Notes under the pieces: generated by a model
What the model saw: only the letters and a program-made list of their open reading frames with translations
What the model was told of the DNA's origin: nothing
The model's database searches: none
Shown here: positions 28,278-37,509 of the stretch, piece by piece
Position numbering within the stretch: the stretch's first letter is position 1
Layout: each line of letters opens with the position of its first letter
Program-made: the position numbers and the translations under genes
Virus record (IMG/VR): IMGVR_UViG_3300047157_000031
DNA length: 64,000 nt
From: an uncultured virus (IMG/VR IMGVR_UViG_3300047157_000031)
Taxonomy: Duplodnaviria > Heunggongvirae > Uroviricota > Caudoviricetes
Direction: 5' to 3' (one strand)

Positions 28278-28477
28278 TCATAATTTAAATTCGTAAACCC
28301 AACCATAAAAATTCCGCATGCAATAGCTAAATCTTTAAAATCTCTATCATAATTAAAATAGAATTTTAGATTATGAAATTGTAAATATAAATCTATCGCG
28401 TAATTTTTAACAATAATCTGACAACCATATATCTTTTCATCTGGTGTTTGATCTGGTAATTTTGTAATTTTAATCAT
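28265..28477 (-). CDS. Hypothetical early protein
   Basis: ATG with GAGGAG SD. Confidence 0.5.
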   Translation of the reverse strand: MIKITKLPDQTPDEKIYGCQIIVKNYAIDLYLQFHNLKFYFNYDRDFKDLAIACGIFMVGFTNLNYEWEL

Positions 28478-28575
28478 CTTTGTTACTCCTCGTAATTTGG
28501 CATCTCTGCAGTTAAGTAATAATTATCTACTATTTTATCTAATGTATCAACCATTTTTATATTCCTATATATATT

Positions 28576-28633
28576 TTCTGTTTCGATAGCCCTTGCAGAC
28601 CTCTCATCAGTTCGGTTAATTCCGAAGACAGAA
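28576..28633 (-). ncRNA. Type III hammerhead ribozyme
   Basis: RNA UUCUGUC^UUCGG-AAUUAA-CCGAA-CUGAUGA-GAGGUCU-GCAA-GGGCUAUC-GAAA-CAGAA: full core (CUGAUGA, GAAA, GUC) with three helices. Confidence 0.88.
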
Positions 28634-28658
28634 GCAGTTTTAAATCTTGCTCAGGATT
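28633..28658 (-). ncRNA. Compact H-type pseudoknot candidate 1, directly 5' of the hammerhead
   Basis: RNA AAUC-CUGAGCAA-GAUU-UAAAAC-UGCU. Confidence 0.4.
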
Positions 28659-28897
28659 ATTATTTATTACCAGTAAATTATTTTGCTACCTTTAAATCTT
28701 GAATCAATTTTTGTAATGCTCTAGAAGCGGCCTTTTCAAACTCTTCATAATTTCATCTTGCTTTTTTTCTAAACGTTATTTTGAAGCAATATCCATTATT
28801 GTAAATTCTCATAAATATTACATAAACTGCAATATATCTGTTCAGTTACTAAATCAATAGCGGATCTTTTTAGCTGTACTATTTTTAATTTTCATTT

Positions 28898-29227
28898 TTA
28901 TCCTCTAATTCTTCCGTAGCCTTCAGACTGTTGGAAATTGTTGTAAAAAGTACCTTTTGAAGACTTGCCCCAGTTAAACTTGCTATCTGGTCGAGGTGCA
29001 AAGACTTTTCTAAGAGATCGTTTAGCCCTTCTTAGATCGTTGGCATTGTCATTGAATCTATAACGCTCCAGTTCGTGTTGGTAAACTCTGACTAGTAGCC
29101 ATACATTAGAACCATCTTTTCCGATCCCTTGCAAAACATAAAGATTATTAAATTTGTCTTTAGCTGTTTGCCCCTTCTGATATTTTCTAGCTTGCCCCTC
29201 TGTTTGAAGGTCTATTGATTTTAACAT
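28898..29227 (-). CDS. First early gene, hypothetical basic protein
   Basis: 109-aa ORF at the start of the minus arm. Confidence 0.55.
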   Translation of the reverse strand: MLKSIDLQTEGQARKYQKGQTAKDKFNNLYVLQGIGKDGSNVWLLVRVYQHELERYRFNDNANDLRRAKRSLRKVFAPRPDSKFNWGKSSKGTFYNNFQQSEGYGRIRG

Positions 29228-29229
29228 AT

Positions 29230-29876
29230 TTCATTTTGATATTTTCCTATATTGATTAAAAAAGTATGTACATAGCTTGCGCCCTTTTGATTTTTTATAA
29301 CGTGTTCTATATACATAAGGCACATATTACAGGAAAGGATTAGAAATACAATAGTTAATTTTAATCGGCTTTCACCCACTAGAAAAGACCTACTAAAAGA
29401 ATACCCATAGCAGCTAAATAGAAGCCCATATAGCCACGATTAGTATGTCGGATAAGTACGTGTTGCCCTACCTAGTGAATAACCACCCACGTGATTGATT
29501 TAATTAAAGTTTGTTTAGTCCCTTGCTAGTTTATTGTAGGGATATCTAGACATAACTAGACTGGGTTATTCATTTACTAGACGAGGGAACGACTAGAACT
29601 AGGATAGATATTTCTAGTCCTGTTTAGATTTAAATGAGGTTCGACTAGAAAAGGCTGTATAATTTTTGTACAACTAGGATAATCTGCAGGGCTTTGTTTA
29701 GTTTTGTTTAGTAGGAGGGCAGGAGGCACAGGGTAGGGTGGGGTGGTGTGTATACAATCATATACATTTCTAGAAGAATTGGATGTTTACTAGACAGGTC
29801 CTTGGCGGTATCCCTGTGTAGTCTAAGAAGCCCTCACTATATATTTTATATATACCCCCTTGCAGGGTACTATATC
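29230..29876. other. Non-coding inter-arm region; probable genome terminus or concatemer junction with CTAG-containing short repeats
   Basis: Longest gene-free stretch, between divergent arms; about a dozen (A)CTAG(A) copies; G-rich run at 29714-29748. Confidence 0.55.
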
Positions 29877-29905
29877 ATTGTACAGATAAATATCAATTTT
29901 GTCAA
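29877..29905 (-). promoter_or_regulatory. Leftward sigma70 promoter
   Basis: TTGACA, 17 nt, TACAAT. Confidence 0.6.
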
Positions 29906-29928
29906 GACCTTTTTAAATTATTTATATC

Positions 29929-29957
29929 TTGACAACATCGTATACTAGACCTATAAT
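29929..29957 (+). promoter_or_regulatory. Consensus sigma70 promoter for the late arm
   Basis: TTGACA, 17 nt, TATAAT; ATG follows after 7 nt. Confidence 0.8.
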
Positions 29958-29964
29958 AGATTGC

Positions 29965-30402
29965 ATGAGTTACTTACCACAAACAACAAACAATAAAGCT
30001 AAAGCACTAACGGAAAAGCAACAATCTTTTCTGGACAATTTGATCCAGACAGGAGGTGATCCGAAAAAAGCAGCCGAGCTTGCAGGATACTCAGGCAATT
30101 ATCATCAAGTTATAAAATCATTAAGACAAGAAGTGATTGAATTAGCCTCGGACGTACTCGCTCGTTCTGCCCCTGCTGCAGCTTTTAAGTTAGTTGATAT
30201 CATGAATAGTGATGCACCTATACCACAGGTCAGCAATAAGCTGACTGCTGCTCAAACAATACTGGACAGGGTCGGTGTATCAAAGAGTGATAAGTTAGAT
30301 GTAACTCATTCAACTGGAGGAGGTATCTTTATACTTCCTGAGAAAGCACCTATCGAAGTACAAGCAGAGGATGTAGAGTATGCCCCCGAAGAAGAAGAGT
30401 AA
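29965..30402 (+). CDS. terS: Terminase small subunit
   Basis: LTEKQQSFLD..AAELAGYS HTH, AAQTILDRVG, GGIFILPEK; the ORF-track TTG start is the -35 box, so ATG 29965 is preferred. Confidence 0.8.
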   Translation: MSYLPQTTNNKAKALTEKQQSFLDNLIQTGGDPKKAAELAGYSGNYHQVIKSLRQEVIELASDVLARSAPAAAFKLVDIMNSDAPIPQVSNKLTAAQTILDRVGVSKSDKLDVTHSTGGGIFILPEKAPIEVQAEDVEYAPEEEE

Positions 30403-30568
30403 GTCTAAAGTAAATGAAGCAGGTAACTATACTAAGCCTACAATGCGTAAGAGATTGTTTAATAAAATTAAAGCAGGAAGCAAAGGTGGAAAGCCCGGAC
30501 AATGGAGTGCTAGAAAAGCACAGATGTTAGCAAAACAATATAAGGCAGCAGGTGGAGGATACAAATAA
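30380..30568 (+). CDS. Small basic phage protein
   Basis: NYTKPTMRK..GQWSARKAQMLAKQYKAAGGGYK. Confidence 0.7.
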   Translation: MPPKKKSKSKVNEAGNYTKPTMRKRLFNKIKAGSKGGKPGQWSARKAQMLAKQYKAAGGGYK

Positions 30569-30673
30569 AAAATTACTAAGCAGACCGCTATGGTATATGG
30601 TGTTCTTACCAACACTACCTCCAGTACTAGGAGCAATCTTTATACTATTAATTATCTATAACTTACAATCATA

Positions 30674-30916
30674 ATGGCACTTAAAAAATCACAAAAGTCT
30701 TTAAAGCGTTGGTCTAAACAAAAATGGAGAACCGCTAGTGGAAAGAAGTCTTCAGAGACTGGGGAGGTTTATGCACCTGCAGCTACTATAAAGAAACTTA
30801 AATCAACTGCAAAGGGTAAAAAGAAACTTGCAGCAGCTAATAAAAAGAAACGAGCAGCAACTAAAAAAGGAAAGCAACACGCTAAACATGGACTACATAA
30901 AGGAAAGAAACGATGA
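30674..30916 (+). CDS. Small basic phage protein
   Basis: QKSLKRWSKQKWRT..S.ETGE. Confidence 0.65.
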   Translation: MALKKSQKSLKRWSKQKWRTASGKKSSETGEVYAPAATIKKLKSTAKGKKKLAAANKKKRAATKKGKQHAKHGLHKGKKR

Positions 30917-31224
30917 GAGAAGAATATAAGAAAGGTGGGAAAGCTAAAGACTCACGTTTAAAACGAGCAGGTGTCTCTGGATTTAATAAACCTAAACGTA
31001 CTCCTAATCATCCTAAGAAGTCACACATAGTTGTAGCAAAAGAAGGGGATAAGATTAAAACCATAAGGTTTGGACAGAAAGGTGCAAAGACTGCAGGTAA
31101 ACCTAAAGCAGGTGAGTCTGCTAGAATGAAAGCAAAGCGTAAAAGCTTTAAGGCTAGGCATGGAAAGAACATAGCTAAAGGAAAGATGTCAGCAGCTTAT
31201 TGGGCTGATAAAGTTAAGTGGTAG
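30913..31224 (+). CDS. Small basic phage protein
   Basis: KTIRFGQ..RKSFKARH..SAAYWADKVKW; N-terminal REEYKKGG. Confidence 0.7.
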   Translation: MREEYKKGGKAKDSRLKRAGVSGFNKPKRTPNHPKKSHIVVAKEGDKIKTIRFGQKGAKTAGKPKAGESARMKAKRKSFKARHGKNIAKGKMSAAYWADKVKW

Positions 31225-31637
31225 CAGTATTGTTAGCTACTACATTAAATTTATCTATACCTGATATTGATGTAACTACTCCTATTAAAATAAAAGAACC
31301 ACCTAACAAGTTTTTACAATTTATAGAATATAAAGAACCACCAACAAAACAACAATATGTAATATATTGGGGATTAAATGCTTTAGATATTTATACAACT
31401 TATAGAGCATTAAAGAAACCAAATATAGTTGAAGGTAATCCTTTGTTAGGAAGTAATCCTTCACTAGATAAATTAGTTTTATTTAAAATACTTGGTGGAA
31501 GTTTAGTTGGTAATAATCTTGATAAAAAAATGATGACAGGAGCTAACGTAACATTAACATATGTTGTGTATAGAAATTATAAAATTATAAAAGAAAAACA
31601 AAAAGAACTAGAAAATTATAAAAAATTCTATGAGTAA
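31218..31637 (+). CDS. Hypothetical membrane-associated protein
   Basis: LDIYTT..EGNPLL motif and hydrophobic segments. Confidence 0.55.
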   Translation: MVAVLLATTLNLSIPDIDVTTPIKIKEPPNKFLQFIEYKEPPTKQQYVIYWGLNALDIYTTYRALKKPNIVEGNPLLGSNPSLDKLVLFKILGGSLVGNNLDKKMMTGANVTLTYVVYRNYKIIKEKQKELENYKKFYE

Positions 31638-31791
31638 AAAGAAAGGAGCACAACTAGGCACACCTGAGAAACCAGTATTGATGTCTAGTAAAAAGAATAA
31701 AGGCAGAGTAGGTAAAGGTTCTAGGTTAAGACCCCTATCTGTATCTAAACAAGAATTTGATAACAACTGGGATAGGATATTTAATAAGTAA
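31630..31791 (+). CDS. Small basic protein (53 aa, not in ORF track)
   Basis: ...GKGSRLRPLSVSKQEFDNNWDRIFNK*, coupled to iscU by TAATG. Confidence 0.6.
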   Translation: MSKKKGAQLGTPEKPVLMSSKKNKGRVGKGSRLRPLSVSKQEFDNNWDRIFNK

Positions 31792-32205
31792 TGGCATATT
31801 CACAACAAGTACTTGACAGGTTTGATAGTGTACTTAACGAACCTGAGAAACATGCAGTTGGTAGGTTTGATCCTACAGACCCTAACGTAGCTACAGGTAT
31901 GACAGGTGCACCGGCTTGTGGTGATGTAATGAGACTACAACTTAAACTTGATGGTAATACTATAGAAGACGTTAAGTTTAAAACCTATGGTTGTGGTAGT
32001 GCAATAGCATCATCTACATTATTTGTAGATATGCTCAAGGGTAAAACAATACAAGAAGCAAAGCTTATTAAAGATAAAGATATTGCAGAAGCATTAGAGT
32101 TACCACCGATAAAGTTACATTGTTCTGTTCTTGCAGAAGATAGTATCTGCTAAAGCAATAGAAGATTGGGAAACAAAGACAGCTTACAGAAAGCACAATC
32201 AATAA
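31791..32205 (+). CDS. iscU: Fe-S cluster scaffold IscU/NifU (auxiliary metabolic gene); apparent frameshift near 32150
   Basis: GAPACGDVMRLQL, FKTYGCGSAIASS, LPPIKLHCSVLAED; frame-shifted tail KAIEDWE. Confidence 0.92.
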
Positions 32206-32504
32206 TGAAAGAAGGATATATAAAAAGAAAAACATCGACAGTTCCTTTTGGTTACGAGACGAGTGAAGTTGAGGGCTATTTCAAACCAGTACCTGATCAA
32301 ATAGAAGCATTAGAAGTAGCAGAAGACTTAGTCGCAGGGGAGTCTATAAGCCTTCGTGATGCATGTGACTGGATAGAATTTAAAACTCATCGCAGTATTA
32401 CACCTGCAGGATTAAAGAAACACATAGATAAAAAGTATGGAAAACGACAACAACGACTTGAAAGATTGGGAAGAGAATCCACATCTTTACTTGACAGATT
32501 CTGA
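32205..32504 (+). CDS. Putative DNA-binding (HTH-like) protein upstream of the terminase
   Basis: VPFGYE..SLRDACDW..ITPAGLKK. Confidence 0.6.
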   Translation: MKEGYIKRKTSTVPFGYETSEVEGYFKPVPDQIEALEVAEDLVAGESISLRDACDWIEFKTHRSITPAGLKKHIDKKYGKRQQRLERLGRESTSLLDRF

Positions 32505-34151
32505 CGGGGGCTTTATACTAAAGAATGATGGTACTCCTCGTAAGAAAGGGGAAGACCTCAAGGTAGTAAGTCTAACTATGGATATTCTAATGAACAAAAA
32601 ACAAAACAAGCAGCAAGACGCTCAGTCTCAGCTAAACAAAAAGCAATTAAAAAGATTGAAAGACAACTTGAATCAAAGAGAAAAGCTCTTAGACAAACGA
32701 CTGATATCCTCGGTAAACTCGAAAATGAATCGTCAAAGCCGACAGAATCGGGGCAGATAGTAACCGAAGATAAACTTAGTTCTCTTCCTAAAGCAGTACA
32801 GCTTGAAATAGATAAAGGCAGTCATGTTATCTTTCATCCAAATGAAGGACCACAGACTGAGTTCTTAGCTGCGGATGAAAAGGATGTATTGTATGGTGGA
32901 GCTGCAGGTGGCGGTAAAAGTTATGCAATGCTTATTGATCCGTTACGATACTGTCATAAGAAAGCACACAGAGCTTTAATACTTAGAAGGTCTATGCCAG
33001 AGTTACGAGAACTCATCGATAAAAGCAGAGAACTTTATCCTCAAGCATTTCCCGGATGTAAGTTTAAAGAAGTAGAAAAGGTATGGAACTTTCCGAGTGG
33101 AGCTAAAGTAGAATTTGGTTTCTTAGAAAGAGACGCAGACGTATACAGATATCAAGGACAAGCATATAGTTGGATAGGCTTTGATGAGATAACTCACTTA
33201 CCAACAGAATTTGGTTGGAACTATTTAGCCTCTAGACTTAGAACAACAGACCCTGAAATTAAAACCTATCTACGATGTACAGCAAACCCCGGAGGTATAG
33301 GAGCTACTTGGGTAAAGAAAAGATATGTAGATTCAGGAACTCCAAATGAATCAAGAGTTGGAGAAGATGGACTAACACGAAAGTTTATTCCTGCTAGGTT
33401 AGTAGATAATCCTTACTTAGCAAATGATGGAGTCTATGAGCAGATGCTTATGTCTCTACCTCCTGTACAACGTAAACAATTACTAGAAGGTAATTGGGAT
33501 GTTAATGAGGGAGCAGCCTTTGTAGAGTTTGATCCTGAAGTTCATATTGTTAGCCCTTTTCAGATTCCTATTACATGGGAACGTATAAAAGGCATTGACT
33601 ATGGGTACGCTTCAGAGAGTGCTTGTGTTTGGGGAGCAGTAGATAGATCAGATGGTACGTTAATAATATATAGAGAATTATACAGAAAAGGCTTGACAGG
33701 TGAAGATTTAGGACGTATAATAACAGAAATGGAAATGCAAGACCCTTTTTCCGTTTCAGGTGTACTAGATACATCTGCTTGGTCAAGAACAGGAACAACT
33801 GGACCAACTGTAGGGGAAACGCTCGTTAAGCAAGGACACAAACTTAGACGAGCAGATAAAAATAGAATACAAGGTAAAATTCAGATTCACGAATATTTAA
33901 AAGTACAGCCAAATGGTAGACCAAAGCTACAGATATTTAATACATGTCCTAGCTTAATTAAAGAACTACAAAGCATACCATTAGATACTCGTAACCCTGA
34001 AGATGTAGACACTCATGCTGCAGATCATGCTTATGATGCTCTGCGGTATTTGATTATGAGTAGACCAAGGATAAATAATCCAATGGATAATCTACGTCAA
34101 TATCATAGAGAGTCAGTCTATAAACCTGTTGATGAAACATTTGGATACTAA
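32437..34151 (+). CDS. terL: Terminase large subunit (N-terminal part frameshifted)
   Basis: YGGAAGGGKS Walker A, FDEITH Walker B, TANPGG, GIDYG, DHAYDALRY. Confidence 0.93.
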
Positions 34152-34153
34152 GT

Positions 34154-36365
34154 ATGGAAGAAGATAATAAACCTTTACAACCTACAGGCTTACTAGATGC
34201 TGATGCAATCTATGTTGAAGAGGTAGAAGGAGAACAAGGTTTAGAACTTTCTTTAGAAGAAGATCAAAAGTTAAACTTAGTAGGTCTTGTTAAGAGTCGT
34301 TTTCAAATGGCAGAAGATTCTCGAAAGCCACACGAAGAAAGATGGATAGCAGGATATCAAAACTTTAGAGGGCTATATGGAAAACGTGTTAAGTTTAGGG
34401 AATCAGAAAAGTCTAGAGTATTTGTTAAAGTAACAAAGACTAAAGTACTTGCAGCATTTGGACAACTTATAGATGTTATTTTTGGTACAGGTAAGTTTCC
34501 TATTGGAGTTTCAGAAACTAAAATGCCAGAAGGTGAAGTTTCTCATAGCACATTTAGATTCTCAAAATCCTTCGCCAAGTATTGAAACAACCCCTCCTGA
34601 ATCAACTCCTCAAGAAGTTGAAGTCCTTATGACGTAGGTTATGACGGAGATGGTAAGGTTTTAAAACCGGGTGCTACTTTTTCAGATGGTAAATTTCAAG
34701 AAAGATTTTTAGAAGAGTTAGCAAAAGAAGAAGGTAATTATACAGTAGGAGCAAGTCCTTTACCTACAAGATTTAGAAGTTAGTCCTGCACAAAAAGCTG
34801 CAAGACGAATGGAAAAATTAATTCATGATCAAATAGATGAATCTAATGGTTCTTCGGAACTTCGTAGTTCTATGTTTGAAGCAGCTATGTTAGGCACAGG
34901 AATTATTAAAGGACCATTTAATTTTAATAAGACATTAAATAAATGGGATGAAGACGAAGAAGGAAATAGAACTTACAATCCTTTACAAGTCAGAGTACCT
35001 AGAATTGAATTTGTTAGCTTATGGGATTTTTTTCCAGACCCATCAGCTACAACAATAGAAGAATGTGAATATATAATTCACAGACATAGACTAAACAGAA
35101 GTCAATTTAGAGCATTAAGTAAAATGCCTTACTTTGATAAAGATGCTATTAGAGAATGTTTACTTATGGGTGGTGATTACGAAAAGCGTAGTTACGAAGA
35201 TCAAATAAGAGATGAAGAAAACGATGAGTATTCTTTACCACAACACGAAGTATTAGAATATTGGGGCTGTATGGATGCAGCTTATCTAAGAGATATAGGT
35301 GTAGACTTAGATGAAAACGTAGATGATCTTGATGAAGTACAAGTAAATGTATGGACTAGCGGTGGTAAAATACTAAGAGTAGTTTTAAATCCTTTCCAAC
35401 CTTATAGAATACCTTATCATGCTTTCCCATATGAAAAGAACCCTTATAGTTTTTTTGGTGTTGGTGTAGCAGAAAATATGCATGACTCACAACAGATTAT
35501 GAATGGTCATGCAAGAATGGCAATAGATAACTTAGCATTATCTGGCTCACTAGTTTTTGATATTGACGAGTCTGCTTTAGTAGGTGGGCAAAGTTTTGAA
35601 GTGTATCCCGGAAAAATATTTAGAAGACAATCAGGTATGTCAGGACAAGCGATACACGGAGTAAAGTTTCCAAACACATCAACAGAAAATATGATGATGT
35701 TTGACAAGTTTAGACAGCTTGCTGATGAACAGACAGGTATACCAAGTTACTCACATGGTCAAACAGGAGTACAGAGTATGACTAGGACTGCATCAGGAAT
35801 GTCTATGTTATTAGGTGCAGCAAGTCTTAATATTAAAACTGTTATTAAGAACTTAGATGATTTTTTACTTAAACCTTTAGGTGAAGCATACTTCCAATGG
35901 AATATGCAATTCTTAGAAGATAAGTTAGGAATCGTAGGAGATTTAGAAGTTAATGCAACTGGAACAAATAGTTTAATGCAGAAAGAAGTAAGGTCACAAA
36001 GACTAACCACATTCTTACAAACTGCACAGAATCCTGCTATTGCTCCATTTGTTAAGATGTCTAAATTAATTAGTGAACTTGCCTACAGTCTTGATCTTGA
36101 TCCTGATGAAATACTCAATGATCCAGAAGAAGCTGCGATGATGGCACAAATAATAGGAATGCAAAATAATGTTGGACAAGAATCAGGCGCGGAAGCTAGC
36201 CCCAATGGTCAAGAACAAGAAGGAATGGGCGGTCTTACTGGAGTACCTCAACCACCTCAAGACCTTGGAGTTACAGGTACTGGCGGTGGCAACATCGGAA
36301 CTGGAAATATACCGCAGTCAGGGGAAGCTGAATTCTCTGGTACACCTAGAGCAGTTGGAGAGTAG
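34154..36365 (+). CDS. Portal protein (apparent frameshifts at 34550-34770)
   Basis: Follows terL; FVKVTKTKVLAA, WDFFPDP, PYSFFGVG, RTASGMSML. Confidence 0.88.
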
Positions 36366-36402
36366 AGTAGACGAAGCTCTAAATAGAAAGGAAAATATAT
36401 AA
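36169..36402 (+). CDS. Small protein overlapping the portal C-terminus in another frame
   Basis: 77-aa helical ORF with EIYRSQGK; ends in TAATG coupled to the next gene. Confidence 0.6.
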   Translation: MLDKNQARKLAPMVKNKKEWAVLLEYLNHLKTLELQVLAVATSELEIYRSQGKLNSLVHLEQLESRVDEALNRKENI

Positions 36403-37370
36403 TGGCACTAGACGAACAAAGAAAAGAACGACAAATACCCTCTGTAAAACAATCTTTAAGACAAAGATTAAAAGATATGGAAGGAGGTCTTCCCGATGAA
36501 GAAGCTAAAAAAAGATATAAGGAAATTGTAACCAATACTGCACCTTTCGAATTTACACCTTCTGATATTGAAATGTTAAATAATCAAGTAATGACAGAAA
36601 TGCGTGAAGAAAAGGAAGCAGCATTTCAAAAAGAACGTGCAGAAGTATTAGCTAAAAGACCTGAACAAGAAGCAGCTAATCCTTTAGGTGCAAGAACAGG
36701 CAGAGCCACTATGAAAGATGGTGGTAAAGGAATAGAAGCATTACGTCAAGTAGCTCCAGATGTTGTAAAAAGAATGGGCTATCAAGAAGGTGGAGAAATG
36801 GGTCAACAAATGGACATGTTGATGGGAATGGAACAAGAACAAACAATGCTTCCTGATGAAAAAATGGAAGAAGATTATGTAGACTATGTTGTTGAGGAAA
36901 CATTGTCAAATGAAGATAGAAATTATTTAATAGATGCTCTCGAAAAAGATGATAGATTAAGCGTAATCTTTGATCAAGTTATCGAGACAGCACACGAATT
37001 TTCAGGTTCAGGAACTATTGAAGGACCGGGAACTGGAAAATCTGATTCGATACCCGCAAGGTTATCGGATGGAGAATTTGTCATAACTGCAAAAGCAACT
37101 GAAGAAATCGGAGCAGACAATTTAATGTCTATGATGAAAGATGCAGAAGCTGCTGCAGATGAAAGACAAATGGCTTATGATGGTGGTATGATGAGAGAAG
37201 AGAAAGATGTAATGGTTGCTCCTAAAGAACCAGTACAACAAAACATTAATGTAACTAAAAGCACAGTTGATAATGGAGCAGCAATGCCTCAAGCTCAACA
37301 AAGCCCTATAAAGGCTGCTATAAAAGAAGACATGATGCTTGACCCTTATCAAAGACACGTCAGAAGCTAA
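36402..37370 (+). CDS. Head-associated protein with a GPGTGKSDSIPARLSDGEFV motif and three R-x5-GG peptides
   Basis: Lies between portal and scaffold; the motif is familiar from tape-measure protein C-termini. Confidence 0.65.
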   Translation: MALDEQRKERQIPSVKQSLRQRLKDMEGGLPDEEAKKRYKEIVTNTAPFEFTPSDIEMLNNQVMTEMREEKEAAFQKERAEVLAKRPEQEAANPLGARTGRATMKDGGKGIEALRQVAPDVVKRMGYQEGGEMGQQMDMLMGMEQEQTMLPDEKMEEDYVDYVVEETLSNEDRNYLIDALEKDDRLSVIFDQVIETAHEFSGSGTIEGPGTGKSDSIPARLSDGEFVITAKATEEIGADNLMSMMKDAEAAADERQMAYDGGMMREEKDVMVAPKEPVQQNINVTKSTVDNGAAMPQAQQSPIKAAIKEDMMLDPYQRHVRS

Positions 37371-37374
37371 CAAC

Positions 37375-37497
37375 TGATAGGCTACTTACGTCAGTAACCC
37401 CTATCAAATTTATAACCTTTAGCTACCTTGTAAGACAAGCCCCTAATAAAAAAGACGTTTTTAGAATAGGCTACCTTGGAAATAGCACAAGCCCTTA
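37375..37497 (+). promoter_or_regulatory. Three tandem hairpins with a conserved CUAC/CC(C) internal loop in the scaffold leader
   Basis: TGATAGG-CTAC-TTAC/GTAA-CC-CCTATCA; TTAG-CTAC-CTTG/CAAG-CCC-CTAA; TAGG-CTAC-CTTG/CAAG-CC-CTTA; the last abuts SD AAGGAG. Confidence 0.65.
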
Positions 37498-37509
37498 AGG
37501 AGAAAAGAA

